Below are positions 1 to 14,302 of a stretch of 64,000 nucleotides of DNA, piece after piece. This DNA is from the human T2T-CHM13v2.0 reference genome, Homo sapiens. Where the stretch lies: assembly GCF_009914755.1 (NCBI RefSeq), contig NC_060928.1; one strand, written 5' to 3'. A program made the position numbers and the translations under genes. Position 1 is the stretch's first letter. The number at the start of each line of letters is the position of its first letter. The notes below the pieces were generated by a model. That model did not search any database. It was not told the origin of the DNA and saw nothing but the letters and a program-made list of their open reading frames with translations.

Positions 1-855
1 TCCTCTTAATGTTTTCATTTTAAAGAATAATTGTTAATTATATGATATAATTTTAATATATCAGTAAATTACGTGTAGTTTAATATAATACCTATAAATT
101 ATTGGTCCTAGTGCTCTAAGACCTTTACCTTGATATTTGGGAATTGGAAGATCAAACCCTGCTGTCGCCTCACATAAACTAATGGCCAAACTCCTTTATG
201 AAGGGATTACTACCAACTAATCATTAGTTCTGTTTAAGTTTGTCGGAAAGTACCAGTTTCTGTTTGTTCTCTTGATATATTTCTTTGAGTTTAAATTTTT
301 AAAGGAATATAATTAAATCAAATCAGTCTAAGAGACATTTTGTGACAACTAGGGTGTAGAAAAATTGCATTTAGAAAACTAAACAATGCACCAAGATAAC
401 ATAAGGAGTTTCCCGAGTAATTTTAAAGAGATAATGGGAGTGGAGGTCATTTATCATCCTGAATGTGTTCACAAGTATTCAACAACCTTTTAAATCATCA
501 AAGTAAATTAAAATGTTGGCTTAAAAGACAAACGCCTATGGATCTTAAATTCACTTGTAGCAACTAAACTCAGAGTTAATTTGGAATCATTTTTCTATAA
601 AATACATTCTATTATTTACATAACTTAATCATAAATGTAGTTCTCTTCTATCATACCAGCTGTTTAATTAGATTTCTTTGTTAATTGTTTAGATGTAACT
701 TATTGGATTTTAGAATTAAAATTAAGTGGCAAGGTAAACTATAGTTTTTGCCTGTGAAAAAATCAAATTATTGCAGTAATACATATTTCATCATAATGTA
801 GACTTAAAGAATAAAACATACTAAAAATATGTCATTGTTTTAATTTAAAAACCTA

Positions 856-1193
856 TTTTTTTCTTTGTTCTTTTTTTTTGAGACAGGGTCTCACTCTGTT
901 GCCCAGGCTGGAGTGCAGTTTTGCAATCTCGGCTCACTGCAATCTCGGCTCACTGCAATCTTGGCTCACTGCAATCTCTGCCTCCCAGGCTCAAGTGATC
1001 CTCTCATCTCAGTCTCCTAAGTAGCTCGGATTATAGGCACACACCACCATGCCCAGATAATTTTTGTATTTTTTGTAGAGATGGGGTTTTACTATATTGC
1101 CCAGGCTTGTCTCAAACTCCTGAACTCAAGCAATCTGCCTGCCTTGGCCTCCCAAAGTGCTGGGATTACAGACGTGAGCCACCGTGCCTGGCC
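856..1193 (-). mobile_element. Alu SINE (AluJ-like) with an internal 16-bp triplication
   Basis: Poly-T, then GAGACAGGGTCTCACTCTGTTGCCCAGGCTGG ... GTGAGCCACCGTGCCTGGCC; J-type CCCAGGCTCAAGTGATCCTC and CCTGAACTCAAGCAATC. Confidence 0.95.
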
Positions 1194-1227
1194 AATGTTT
1201 ATTTTTCAAAAACCAAAGATTTATTGG

Positions 1228-4200
1228 CAAAGACTTCAATTCCTGGGCAAGTCCTGGTGCTGTGCTGGATGTGACATCAGTGCACCGTGGGGGGCATGCG
1301 ACCTAGTGAGACACTAGCTGGGATAGCTAAGGGAGTGCTTGTGCCAGCCCTAACCCAACCCCAGGCAGCGTAGCTTACAGCTCTGGGAGAGACTCCTTCC
1401 TTCAGCTTGAGTTGAACAGAGGGAAAAATAAAGAAGACTTTGTCTTACAACTTGGATACCAGTTGACGCACAGTAGGATAGGGCACCAGGCAGAGTCCTT
1501 AGGCCCCCATTCCAGGCCCTAGCTCCTAGATGACATTTCTAGACACAGCCTGGGCCAGAAGGAACCCACCTTTTTAAAGGGAAGGACCCAGTCCTGGCAG
1601 GATTTATCACTTGCTGACTGAGGAGCCCTCAGATCCTGAATAGTCAGCACCAGTACCCAGGCAGTATATGGGCCTTGGGTAAGACTCAAAGACGTGCTGG
1701 CCTTAGGTGTGACCCAGCACATTCCCAGCTGTCAAGGCTATGGGGAAGGACTTTCTGCTTGTGAAAAGGAGAGGTAATAGTAAAGGGAACTTTGTCTTGT
1801 AGCTCAGGTACCAGCTCAGCCAAAGTGAGGTAGAGCACCATGTGGGCTCCTGGAGTCTCCGATTTCAGGCATTGGCCATTGGATGTCATTTCTGGACCTG
1901 CCCTGGGCCATAGGGAATACCACTGCCCTGAAAAAAAGAGTTCAAGGCCTGGCAGCATTCACCACAAGCTGACTGAAGGAGGGCTTGGTCCTTGAATGAA
2001 CATCGGCAGTAGTCAGGCCGTACTTGCTGTGAGTCTGGGGTGGTGGTGGTCAGAGGGAGAGACTCTTCTGCCTGTGGAAAGAGGACAGAAGAGTAGAAAG
2101 AACTTTGTCTTGTAGCTTGGGTGCCAGCTCAGTCACAGTGGAAGAGAGCACTAGGTAGATTCCTAACATTTCTGACTCTAGGCCCTGGGTCCCAGACATC
2201 TCTGGACCTGTACATGACTGAAGCTTACCACCCTAAAGGGAAGGACAAAACCTGGCTGGTTTCACCACCTGCTGACTGTAGAACCCCAGGGCTTTGAGTG
2301 AACATAGGTGATAGCCAGGCCGTGGTTATCATGGGCTGTGGGCAAGACCCAGTGCTGTGCTGATTTCAGCTTTGATCCAGCACAATCCCATTGGGGGTGT
2401 CCACAGCAGTGCTTGTATCACCCCTCCCCCAGCTCCAGGCAGTTCTGCACAGAGAGAAACTCTGTTTGAGAGAAAATAAGGGAAGAGAACATGAGCCTCT
2501 TTCTGGTAATCCAGATAATTCTAGCTATTATCCAAGCCACCAAAGTAGTACCTTTATGAGTCTGCAAGACACACAGCATTACTGGGCTTGGGGTGCTTCC
2601 TAATGCAGATACAACTGTAGTTACCAAAAACTTAAATCACAGTGCCCAAGTCCCTTTGAATACCTGGAAAGCCTTCCCTTCCCAAGAAGAACAGGCACAA
2701 ACAATCCCAGACAGTAAAGACTACAATAAATACCTAACTCTTCAATGCCAGACACGAACAAATATCCAAAAGTATCAAGACCGTCCAGGAAAATATGACC
2801 TCAGCAAATGAACTAAATATGCCACCAAAGGCCAATCACAAAGACAGAGATATGTGACCTTTCTTGACAAAGAATTCAAAATAGCTGTGTTGAAGAACCT
2901 CAGAGAAATTCAAGATTACACAGAGAAGAAATTCATAATTCTATCAGATAAATTTAACAAGATTGTAATAATTTAAAAGAATCAAGCAGAAATTGTGGAG
3001 TTGAAAAATGCAATTGACATACTGAGGAACGCATCAGAGTCATATAACAACCAAATTGATCAAGCAGGAGAAAGAATAAGTGAGTTTAAAGAGAGTCTAT
3101 TTGAAGATACACAGTCAGAGGAGATGAAAGATGAATTTAAAAAATGAAGCACGACTACAAGAGCTAGAAAATAGCCTCAAAAGGGCAAATCTAAGAGTAA
3201 GAGATAGGGCTAGAAAGTTTATTCAAAGAAATAATAACAGAGGACACCCCAAAACTAGATAAAGACAATAATATCCAAGTATAAGAAGATTATAGAACAC
3301 CAAGTAAATTTAATCCAAATAAAACTTCTTCAAGCCATTTAATAATCAAACTCCCAAAGGTCAAGGGTAGAGACAGGATCCTAAAATCAGTGAAAGAAAA
3401 GAAACAAATAATATACAATGGAGCTCCGATATGTCTGGCCACAGACTTCTCAATGGAAAACCTATAGGCCAGGAGAGAGTGGCATGACATATTTAAAGTG
3501 TTGAAGGAAACAAACTTTTATCCTAGAATAGTATAACCGTGAAAATATTCTTCAAACAAGAAGTAGAAACAAAGACTTCCTAGACAAACAATAACTGAGG
3601 GATTTCATCAATACCAGACTTGTCCTACAAAAAAATGCTAAAGAGAGTTCTTCAATCTGAAAGCAAATGACATTAAGAGCAATAAGAAATAATTTAAATG
3701 TATAAAAGTCACTGGTAATAGTAACTACACAGAAAACCATAGAATATTATAACACTGTAATTGTGGTATGTAAACAACTCATATCTTGAGTAGAAAGATA
3801 AAAAGATGAACTGATAAAAATAACTTCAACAACTTTTCAAAGCATAGACAGTACAATAAAATATAAATATCAACAACAAAAGTTAAGAAGTGGAGCAATG
3901 AAGTTAAAGTGTAGAATTCACATTAGTATTCTCTTTGCTTCTTTGTGAGTTAGTTTATGTAATCAATGTTAAGTTGTCATCAGTTTAAAATAATGAGTAG
4001 TAAGTTACTATTTATAAGCCTCGTTGTAACCTCAAAAAAAAAAAAAAAACCAGAAACACACACACAAAAAGCAAGAAATTAAAGCTTATGGCCAGAGAAA
4101 ATTACCTTCACTAAAAGGAAGACAGGAAGAAGGGAAGGAGAAAGAAAAGACCACAAAACAACAAGAAAACAAATAACAAAATGGCAGACGTCCTTACTTA

Positions 4201-7200
4201 TCAATAATAACATTGAATGTAAATGGACAACTCTCCAATCAAAAAACACAGAGGGACTGAATGGATAAAAACACAAGACTCAACCATCTGTTATGCACTA
4301 GAAACACACTTTACCTATAAAGACACACATAGGCTGGAAATAAACGGATGGGAAAAAGATATTCCATGCCAATGGAAACCAAAAGCAAGCAAGATTTGCT
4401 ATACTTATATCAGGCAAAATAGATTTCAAGATAAAAACTGTAAAAAGACACAAATAAGGTTACAATATAATGATAAGAAGTGGTCAATTAAGCAAGAGGC
4501 AATAAAAACTGTAAGTATATATGAACTGAACACTGGAGCACCTAGATATATAAAGCAAATATTGTTAGAGTTAAAAAGAAGGATAGATCCCAATACAATA
4601 ATAGCTGAAGACTTCAACACCCCACTTTCAGCATTGGACAGATCATGCAGACAGAAAATCAACAATGAAACATCAGATTTATAATCTGCACTGTAGACTA
4701 AATGGACCAAAGAGGTATTTACAGAACATTTCATTCAACAGCTGCAGAATACACAGCATCCTCAGCACATGGATTATTATCAAGAATGGATCATATATTA
4801 GGCCACAAAAAGGTGTTAAAATTTCAGAATAATTGAAATTATACAAGTATCTCCTCTGATCACAATAAAATAAAACTAGAAATCACTAACAAGAGGAATC
4901 TTGGAACCTATGCAAACACATGGAAATTAAATAATATACTCCTGAATGACCAGTGGGTCAATGAATAAATTAAGAAGAAAATTACAAAATTTCTTGAAAC
5001 AAATAATAATGGAAGCACAAAATACCAAAACCTATGGGATGCAGCAAAAACAATACTAAGAGGAAAGTTTAAAGCTGTAAGCTCCTACATCAAAAAAATA
5101 GAAAAACATCAAATAAACAGCCTAACAATCCATCTGAGAAAACTAGAAAAGCAAGCGCAAACAACCAAAACTCAGTAGAAGAAAAGAAAAATAAAGATCA
5201 GAGAAGAAATAAATAAAATTAAAGTAAACAATACAAAAGATAACAAAAAATTTTTTTAAAAAAACAGTAAACAAAATCAGCAAGCTTTTAGCCAGACTAA
5301 GAAAGAAAAAAAAAAGAGAAGACCCAAATAAATAAAATCAGAAATAAAAAAAGAGACATTACAAATGATACTGCAGAAATTCAAAGGATTATTAGAGGCT
5401 ACTGTGAGCAACTATATGCCAATAAATTGGAAAACCCAGAATGAATGGATTAATTCCTAGACACATACAACCTACCAAGATTGAACCATGAAAAAACCTA
5501 AAACCTGAAGAGACAAGTAACAAGTAACGACATTGAATTTGTAATAAAACGTCTCTCAGCAAAGAAAAGTCCAGAATCTGATCATTTCAATGGTGAATTA
5601 ACCAATAATACCAATCCTACTCAAACTATTTCAAAAGTACAGGAGAAGGGAGTACTTCCATACTCTTTCTACAAGGCCAGTACCAAAACTAGGTTCCTGA
5701 TACCTGATACCAAAACTAGACAAAGACACAACAACAACAAAATTATAGGCCAATATTCCTAATGAACATTGATATGAAAATCCTCAAAAAAAATACTAGC
5801 AAATCGAATTCAACCACACATTAAAAAGAGCAATCATCATGACTGAGTGGGATTTAACACATGGATAAAATAATGGCTCAGCATACACAAATTAATCAAT
5901 GTGATACATCACATTAACAGAATAAAGAATAAAAACCATACGATTATTTCAATTCATGGTGAAAAAAGTATTTGACAAAATTTAACATGCCTTCATAGTA
6001 AAATTACTCAAAAAGCTGAGTATAGAAGAAACATACCACAGTACAACAAAAGTTACATATGATAGACCCACAACTAGTATCATACTGAATGGGGAAAAAC
6101 TGAAAACCTTTCCTCTAAGATGTGAAACAGGACAAGGATGCTCACTTTAATCACTACAATTCAACATAGTACTGGAAGTCCAAGCTACAGCAATAAGACA
6201 ACAGCAAGAAATACAGGGCATCCAAATTGTAAAGGAAGAAGTCAAATTATCCTTATCTGCAAATGATGTGATCTCATACTTAGAAAAACCTAAAGACTCT
6301 ACCAAAAAGCTATTGGAACTGACACACAAATTTAGTAAAGTTGCAGAATACAAAATGAACATACATAAATTTGTAGCAGGTTGGGCCCAGTGGCTCATGC
6401 CAATAGTCCCAACATTTTAGGAGGCTGAGGCAGGAGGATTGCTTGAGCCCAGGTGTTTCAGACCAGCTTGGGCAATATAATGAGACCTAATCTCTATAAA
6501 AAAATTTTAGAATTAGCTGAGTGTGGTGGCATGTGCCTACAGTCTCAGATACACAGGAGGCTGAGGTAGGAGGATCGCTTGAGCATGGGAGGTGGAGGTT
6601 GCTGTGAGCTCAGACTGTACCACTAAATTCTAATCTTGGTGACAGAGCAAGATCCTGTCTTGAAAAAAGAAAAAAACTACAAAATCCATAACATTTCTGT
6701 ATGCCAATAATGAACAATCTGAAAAAGAAATTAAGAAAGTAATCCCGTTTACAATAGCTATGAATAAAATAAAATACCTAGGAATTAACCAAAAAAGTGA
6801 AAGATCTGTAAAATAAAAACTATAATATGATGACAAAAGAAATTAAAGAGGACACAAAAAATGGGAAGATATTTTATGTTTATGGTTTGCAAGAATTTAC
6901 ATCGTTAAAATGTCCATACTACCCAAAGCATTGTACAGATTCAAAGCAATGCCTATAAAAATACTGATGACATTCATCACAGAAATAGAAAAAAAATCCG
7001 AAATTCATATGGAACCACAAAAGACCCAGAATAGCCAAAGCTATCCTGAGCAAACAGAACAAAACTGGAGGAATCACATTACCCAATTTCAAATTATACT
7101 ATAGAGCTATAGTATCAAAGCAGCATGATACTGGCATAAAAACAAACATGCAGACCAATGGAACAGAATAGAGAACTCAGAAACAAATCCATAGATCTAC

Positions 7201-8648
7201 AGTGAACTCATTTTTGACAAAGGTGCCAAGAATATACATTGGGGAAAGGACAGCCTTTTCAATAAATGCTGCTGGGAAATCTGGATATCCATATACAAAA
7301 GAATAAAACTAGACCTCATCTCTTGACATATACAAAAATCAGATCAGAATTAATTAAAGACTTAAATCTAAGACCTCATATTTTGAAACTACCAAAATAA
7401 CTTCTCTAGGACATTTGACTAGGCAAAGATTTCTTGAGTAATACCCCACAAGTACAAGCAACCAAAGCACAAATGGACAAATGAGATCACATCAAACTAA
7501 GAAGTTTCTTCACAGCAAACAATCAACAAAGTGAAGAGACAACTCACAGAATGGAGAGAAAATATTTGCAAACCATCCATCTGACAAGTGAATAATAACC
7601 ACAATATAGGAGGAGCTCAAACTATTCTATAGAAAAAAATTCAATAATGCAATATAAAAATGGGCAAAATATCTGAATATACATTTCTCAAAGAAAGACA
7701 ATTGACAAACAAGTATATGAAAACGTTCTCAACATCAATGGTCATCAGATAAATGCAAATCAAAACTACAATGAGATATCATGTCACCCCTGTTAAAATA
7801 GCTTTTATCAAAAAAAAAAAAAAAACAGATAATAACAAATGCTAATGAGGATGTGGAGAAAAGAGAACCCTTGCACCTGTTGGTAGGAATGTAAATTACT
7901 ACCACCACTTTGGAGAATGATTTGAAATTTCCTCAGGAAACTAAAAATAGAGCTATAATATGATCCAGAAATCCCACTGCTAGATATATACCCAAATAAA
8001 GGAAATCGGTATATTGTAGAGCTATATGCACTTTCATGTCTATTGCAGCACTGTTCTCAATAGCCAAGATTTGGAAGCAACCTAAGTGTCCATCAACAGA
8101 TGAATGGATAAAGAAAATGTGGCACACATTGTATATACACAATGGAGCACTATTCAGCCATAAAAAAGAATGAAATCATATCATTTGAAACCACATGGAT
8201 GAAATCGGAGATCATTATGTTAAGCCAGACACAGAAAAACAAATATCACATGTTCTCACTCATATGTGGGAGCTAAGAAGGTAGATCTCATGGAATTAGA
8301 GAGTAGAATGATGGTTACCAGAGGCTGGGAAAGGTAGTGAGAGTAAGGGGTAAGTGGGAATGATTAAAGAGTATAAAAATATAGTTAGATAGAATGAATA
8401 AAATCTAGCATTTGATACCACAACAGGATGACTACAGTAAATAATTTCTTGTACATTTCAAAATCAGTAAAACAGTATAATTGCATTGTTTGTAACACAA
8501 AGAAAGGATAAATGCTCAAGGTATTGAATACCTCATTTACTCTGATGTGATTATTATATACTGTATGCCTGTATCAAAATATCTCACGTACAGTAAAAAT
8601 ACATACACCTATGTACTCGCAAACATTGAAAATAAATTTTTTAAAAAA
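1228..8648 (+). mobile_element. Near full-length decayed LINE-1 (L1MA1-3-like 3' end) with 5'UTR, ORF1 and ORF2 remnants
   Basis: GC-richer 5'UTR ~1230-2750; ORF1-like A-rich block ~2850-3660; ORF2 endonuclease peptide in ORF 4223-4684 (ETHFTYKDTHRL, NTGAPRYIKQILLELK, TIIAEDFNTPLSALDRS); [18 protein letters not shown] at 6910; L1MA-type 3'UTR (GTTTGTAACACAAAGAAAGGATAAATGC) and AATAAA/A-tail ~8630-8648; many stops and frameshifts. Confidence 0.93.
6379..6676 (+). mobile_element. AluJ inserted into L1 ORF2
   Basis: GGTTGGGCCCAGTGGCTCATGCC start, GGATTGCTTGAGCCCAGG (J-type), A-tail; L1 ORF2 resumes after a degenerate TSD. Confidence 0.93.
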
Positions 8649-8864
8649 ATCAAAGGCATTTTTGAAAAACACAAATTAAGCAGGTTACTATAATAAAAAT
8701 ATTTAAAATGTTGAAAGAGTATGCCATATTAAAACAGCTTTTTAAAAGATTACACTAAATTGCACTTTGAATTTGGATCAAATTTAATACTGTATTCCGT
8801 TAACTTACTATCTCACTACAGAATATGACTAGAATGAAGGATATCTATAGACACTGGAAAATAA

Positions 8865-9130
8865 GAATTGGTCAAATGGTACAACGGTTCAGTTATGTCA
8901 GATTAATCATCTCTGTAGATTTAATATATAGGATGGTAACTATAGGTAACACTACTCTATACTTGGAAATTTGCTAAGAGAGTAGATCTTAGCAAATGAT
9001 AATTAAGTGAGGTGATGGATATATTAATTAATATGATTAAGGTAACTATTTCACAATGCATACATGTATCATATCCTCAGGGTGTACACCTTAAATACAT
9101 AACAACAAAAACCAAAAAAGAAAATAAAAC
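8865..9130 (+). mobile_element. Old L1 3'-end fragment (L1MA8/9-L1MB-like)
   Basis: AAATTTGCTAAGAGAGTAGATCTTA ... GAGGTGATGGATATATTAATTA ... TGTACACCTTAAATA followed by an A-rich tail. Confidence 0.75.
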
Positions 9131-9181
9131 TTGAAAAGAATATAAAGAGAAAAGAAATATATAAATTGTGCCTTTTAAAAC

Positions 9182-9360
9182 CATTCATTTAATAAACACT
9201 TTTATAGTTTTTACTACATTCCAGTCACAGTCCTACTTGCTGGCAATGGGAAGACATCAAGCTAAGGTAAATTGTCTTCAAGGATCTCATGGTTGAAGGA
9301 GCAAGATGGTAGTAAACAATGAACAGTTAAGTTGGGTGTTTTATGGTAGCATAAAGCAAG
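9182..9360 (-). mobile_element. L2 3'-end fragment
   Basis: CATTCATTTAATAAACACTTTTATAG...TACTACATTCCAG resembles the reverse complement of the L2 terminus. Confidence 0.5.
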
Positions 9361-10574
9361 GGTAACTACATCTATTACTCAAAAATAATTTATAAAAATG
9401 TTTCATCACTATTAATGGAGGTTATACTGGTATTTTTTACACGTTGGATACTTTTCTATTTATTTAAAATATTAAATGATTAAATTGTATTATCTGAAAA
9501 TCTAATCCTTATACAAATATGGCAAGGAAGTAAGAAGGAAATAAAATTAAATGGCCCTCTGTTTCTCTAGAGGGAGAATGTGTATATTAATGTATACACA
9601 CGTATACATTTTTATGTATCTATACACAAAATACATAATGTGTTGTATATTAAAATACATATTATATATTAATATATAAAATATTAAAAATATATAACAA
9701 CTTGAAATATAAAGAAAATCAGAATTAATTGTTCAAGGATCAATACAAAGTCTCCTTGGTAAAAGGTGAAATTATGCTATTTATAACAAATACCTGTAAT
9801 TTGAAATATATTGCAAGTAGATGAGGGCCATGGTCACTTTTTTTAAAATTAGACGTCTAGAGTCAAAGAAGTCTCAGAATCAGAGAAATAAAAAGCATAA
9901 CATCAATTTTAATATGTTTAAAATACTGTAGGAAGAGTAGATAAACTAAAACAAATTTGTAAACTTTTTAACAGCCAACTGACACTTGCAGGCTGTAAAT
10001 AAATAAAAGGCACTAATAAACTATTGCCAATGTAATAGCCTAGACAAGGAAATATCTGCAATAAATAGGACTTATTACTTATATTCTAAGAGGCAGAGGA
10101 TAAAATAAAAGTCCTGAAAATTAACTTGGATTTGATACAACTGAACAAAAGATTAAATGATGTCTACCAGAAAATGTGCAAATTCATGTGGAATCCCTTT
10201 CTAGAACTTTGTCTTAAATATCTCCACAGATTAACATTGGTATTATAACTAAATACGATCCAAACCAAAGAGGACTACCAATAAGTTGTACACATCATAA
10301 ACTAAAGATAGTATTTTAGTGTATTCTTGACGTACTTCTACTGCTCTGTACCTAAGGTTGCCCTGTTTTAGCTGTTATAATGGTATGAGAATATGCAGCT
10401 ACCATCCACTTTTTATTTCTAGTCTGTGCAGTAAGGCTATGCATTAGAGAACATTGCTGCTGTGTTCCTAATATAGCTGTTTTCTGAGTGCTTTCCCATT
10501 TAATAGACTGTAACCATGGCATCCAGAAAACACAGAGCACCTGCTAGGAACATAGGAAGTGATCAGACAGGTAA

Positions 10575-10900
10575 TTTACATTGAACAAGTTATGTAAGTT
10601 TCTTATTTCACCAACTATAAAGTAGCAATAACACATTGTATAGAGTTGTTGCAGGAAATTAAACAAGATAGCATATGTAGACTACTTGACATTTAATGGA
10701 TGTATAATAACTATTAATCACATCTCCCAATATTGAGGCCTTACAGAAAAGTATATTTACAATAAAACATAATATTTCAACTATAAGATGGAATTTAATT
10801 ACACACACTGCAAAAAGGCTTTGTGAGGAATCAAAGAAATCAAATATGTGAATCCCTCAGAATAAGGCTGGCAAAGTGTAAATATCCAATGAAAGGTAGC
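10575..10900 (+). mobile_element. Two MIR fragments
   Basis: Degenerate MIR core words (ATAGAGTTGTTGCAGGAAATTAAACAAGATA; GGCTTTGTGAGGAATCAAAGAAATC). Confidence 0.5.
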
Positions 10901-11076
10901 TTAATTTCACAAAATTAATTTCATAAAGAGTTTAGTTTGTAAAAATATAATGTTATATATGTATATCATGATCACTAAGTAAAAATGTAATGTGAAATAT
11001 AACAAAACAAAATCAAATACAACATTTAGTAAAAGAATGTTATGAAACAAACAGCCATGAAACACATAGTTTATGA

Positions 11077-11385
<309 letters not shown>

Positions 11386-11730
11386 AAAAGAACTTTTCAA
11401 GTCACCTAGGTGGCCCTTGTCAGTTACTGCAATCCTCATCTTTCTTTCCCAGAAGCTGGTGTCCTAAATTTTGTTAACTACTCTTTTTCTTTAAGATTTA
11501 CCACACAGTTCCATGTTCTGAAATAATGTATTGTTCAGTTTGACCTATTTGTCAACATTTATATAAGTGGGGTCATTTTGTTGTGTTTGTCTGTGACTTG
11601 CTTTTATCAGTCAACATTGTTTCTGAGTTACCATATGGAACCACATGTGAGTTCAATTATTTTCTGTATTGTGCATTATGTCGTGCTGTGAATATAAAAC
11701 TATGTATCTACTCTGTTTTGATACTAGTTT

Positions 11731-12092
11731 TGATATGGTTTGGCTGTGTGTCCCCACTGAAATCTCATCTTGAATTGTAGCTCCCATAATTCCCACATGT
11801 TGTGGGAGGGACACAGTGGGAGATAACTGAATCATGGCAGTGGTTTTATCCATACTGTTCTCATGGTAGTAAATACATCTCATGAGAACTGATGGTTTTA
11901 TAAGGGGTTCCTCCTTTCACTCGGTTCTCATTCTTTCTTGCCTGCCACCATGTAAGATGTGACTTTTGTCTTCCACCATGATTGTGAGGCTTCCCCAGCC
12001 AGTGGAACTGTGAGCCCATTAACCTCTTTTTCTTTATAAATTGTTAAGTCTGGGGTATGTCTTTATCAGGAGCATGAAAATGGACTAATACA
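11731..12092 (+). mobile_element. THE1B/C-type MaLR solo LTR
   Basis: TGATATGGTTTGGCTGTG...AAATCTCATCTTGAATTGTAGCTCCCATAATTCCC ... GGACTAATACA; 362 bp; TSD AGTTT/AGTTG. Confidence 0.92.
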
Positions 12093-12104
12093 AGTTGCTT
12101 ATAG

Positions 12105-12424
<320 letters not shown>

Positions 12425-12505
12425 CAGTTCTGTACTATTTCTAACAATGCTGCTATAAATATTTCAGTTCATATCTCTTGGGGCATAGATGTAGTAGTTC
12501 TATAG

Positions 12506-12729
12506 GGCAAGGTTGGCTGACTTTCCGTTAAAGGGCCAGATAGTAAATGTTTTAGAGTTTGTGGGTCATAGTCCCTGCCACAACAACTCAACTCTGCTAT
12601 TGTAAAATGAAAGTAGCTTTAGACAATGTGTAAGTGAATGAACTTGGCTGTGTATCTATATATATATTTCTTTTTTTTTTAAAGGAGACAGATGAATTTA
12701 GTTTGAGGCATATAGTTTGTTGACCCCTG
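12506..12729 (-). mobile_element. MER58A hAT-Charlie MITE
   Basis: AAAGGGCCAGATAGTAAAT...CAACTCAACTCTGC...TAGTTTGTTGACCCCTG is the reverse complement of MER58A. Confidence 0.85.
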
Positions 12730-13004
12730 TTCCAGAGTAAAAAGACAGATTGGACTTGTTGGTTCAGAGTGTATGTGTATCTTAATTTTACTAGTTTTTG
12801 TGTGTGGCTTAAAGGATTGTAATTATTTATTATGCATAACTAATATCCAAGGAATCCCTAATAATAAGTTCACTATTTTTCCTTCAATCTCCAACATCCC
12901 ATCAGATTTTCATAAATGCGTGGATCTGTTTATGAACTTTCTATTCTGCCCAATTATTCTGCTCATCAACTACATACCCTGGACCTTACTACTTTAATTA
13001 CTAC

Positions 13005-13952
13005 TGATACAATGATAGAGGCAGGAGGCAGAGAAATTCTGGGAACACAGGAGCAGGTCCCTGGTGAAGCCCCACCCTTAAGCCAAAAAGCCTGAGACCA
13101 TGGGAGACCCTAGTCCAAAGTGAGAACTTATACACTGTTTTCCCGCTGGAGTATCCCCTTTTCCTAAACCACCCATGACCCGCACCCCACCCCATCCTGT
13201 GACTTTAAAGACTCTAGACTCAGCCAGCAGAGAGGAGAAGCAGCTGGACATCGGAGACTGTGGCTGGACATTGGAGAAAAGTGACTTGACTTCAGAAGGT
13301 CAGCCTGATGGCATAACTTCAGAGAAGAATCTGGCTGGAGATGGCTGGATTTCAGGGGAGGATTACTTACCACCCCCATATCCCCTTTTCAGCTATCTTT
13401 CACGCTGAGAGCCACTTTCGGTGGCAAGAAAATCCTCTGCATCTACCATCCTTCAATTCGTTCATGCTACCTCATTTTTCCTGGACTCCAGACAAGAGCT
13501 TGGGAGCCACAAGTGTGGATACAAAAAGCTGTCAACTGGCCCTTTCCCTTGCTGGCAGAGGGCAGCTGCGGGCCCACCAAGCTGTTAACTCGTAAGCCGT
13601 CTGCTTAAAAAAAAGTACTGTACCACACCCTCTGGGGCTTTGGAAGTCGCAGGCACCCCACCTGGACACTGCCATGTGGCCTGCACAGAGTTCGCTCCTG
13701 CTAGCGCCCAAAAGCACTTGCTCTGGCTTCTGCGCCCGCTCACTTGTGCGCTTCCTCCCATGAGAGGTGGAAGGCAATGGGTCCAAGTGAGTGGAGTTTG
13801 ATCCTGCTGGCTCCAGCGCTCCTGCACTCTTTATCTCTCGCCTCATTCTCTCACGCACTCCATCTCACAAGGAGTTGAGAGCAGTGGGCTAAGTAAAGGA
13901 GGCACCCTTGGTCATGAGTCCCGCGAAGGGGTCAGGGAAATATCCTGCTTCA
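13005..13952 (+). mobile_element. ERV1-class solo LTR (LTR27/LTR28/MER50 group)
   Basis: TG...CA termini, perfect 4-bp TSD CTAC, GAGGCAGGAGGCAGAGAAATTCT start and GGGGTCAGGGAAATATCCTGCTTCA end; locally GC/CpG-rich; subfamily uncertain. Confidence 0.85.
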
Positions 13953-14302
13953 CTACTCTTTATAACATGCCTTAAAGTCCATTAAGGTAGTATTACTCAT
14001 TGTTGTTCCTTTTCTTTATAATTATCTGATTTTTTATTGACTCTCACATTTTTATATTAATTCTATAATTAGCTTTTCTTTTTTATGAAAAAGTATGGGA
14101 TTTAAATGAAATTGCATTGAATTTATGGACTAGTTTGAAGATAAATTTCCTTATTATTAACTTTTCTTATCCATAAAAGTTGAAGTTTTGATAGGTTTTA
14201 GAAGGAACCAGAAGTTAGATATTTCTGGTGTGGGAAATAGAGGAGAATGTGGAATCAGGGAGACCAGCTTGGAATTCTTGTAGTATTACAGACAAAAGTA
14301 AG

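Noticed and set aside
124-215. Minus-strand donor-like CAAG|GTAAAG with a short open frame
   Set aside because: No convincing acceptor, stops nearby in all frames, peptide not recognised.
4223-4684. 153-aa ORF with endonuclease-like motifs
   Set aside because: Frameshifted remnant of L1 ORF2, not a host gene or an active L1.
11988-12004. Possible PRDM9 hotspot motif in the THE1 LTR
   Set aside because: Sequence is CTTCCCCAGCCAG, which does not fit CCNCCNTNNCCNC.
13005-13952. GC/CpG-richer patch as a possible CpG-island promoter
   Set aside because: Confined exactly to an ERV1 solo LTR bounded by its TSD.
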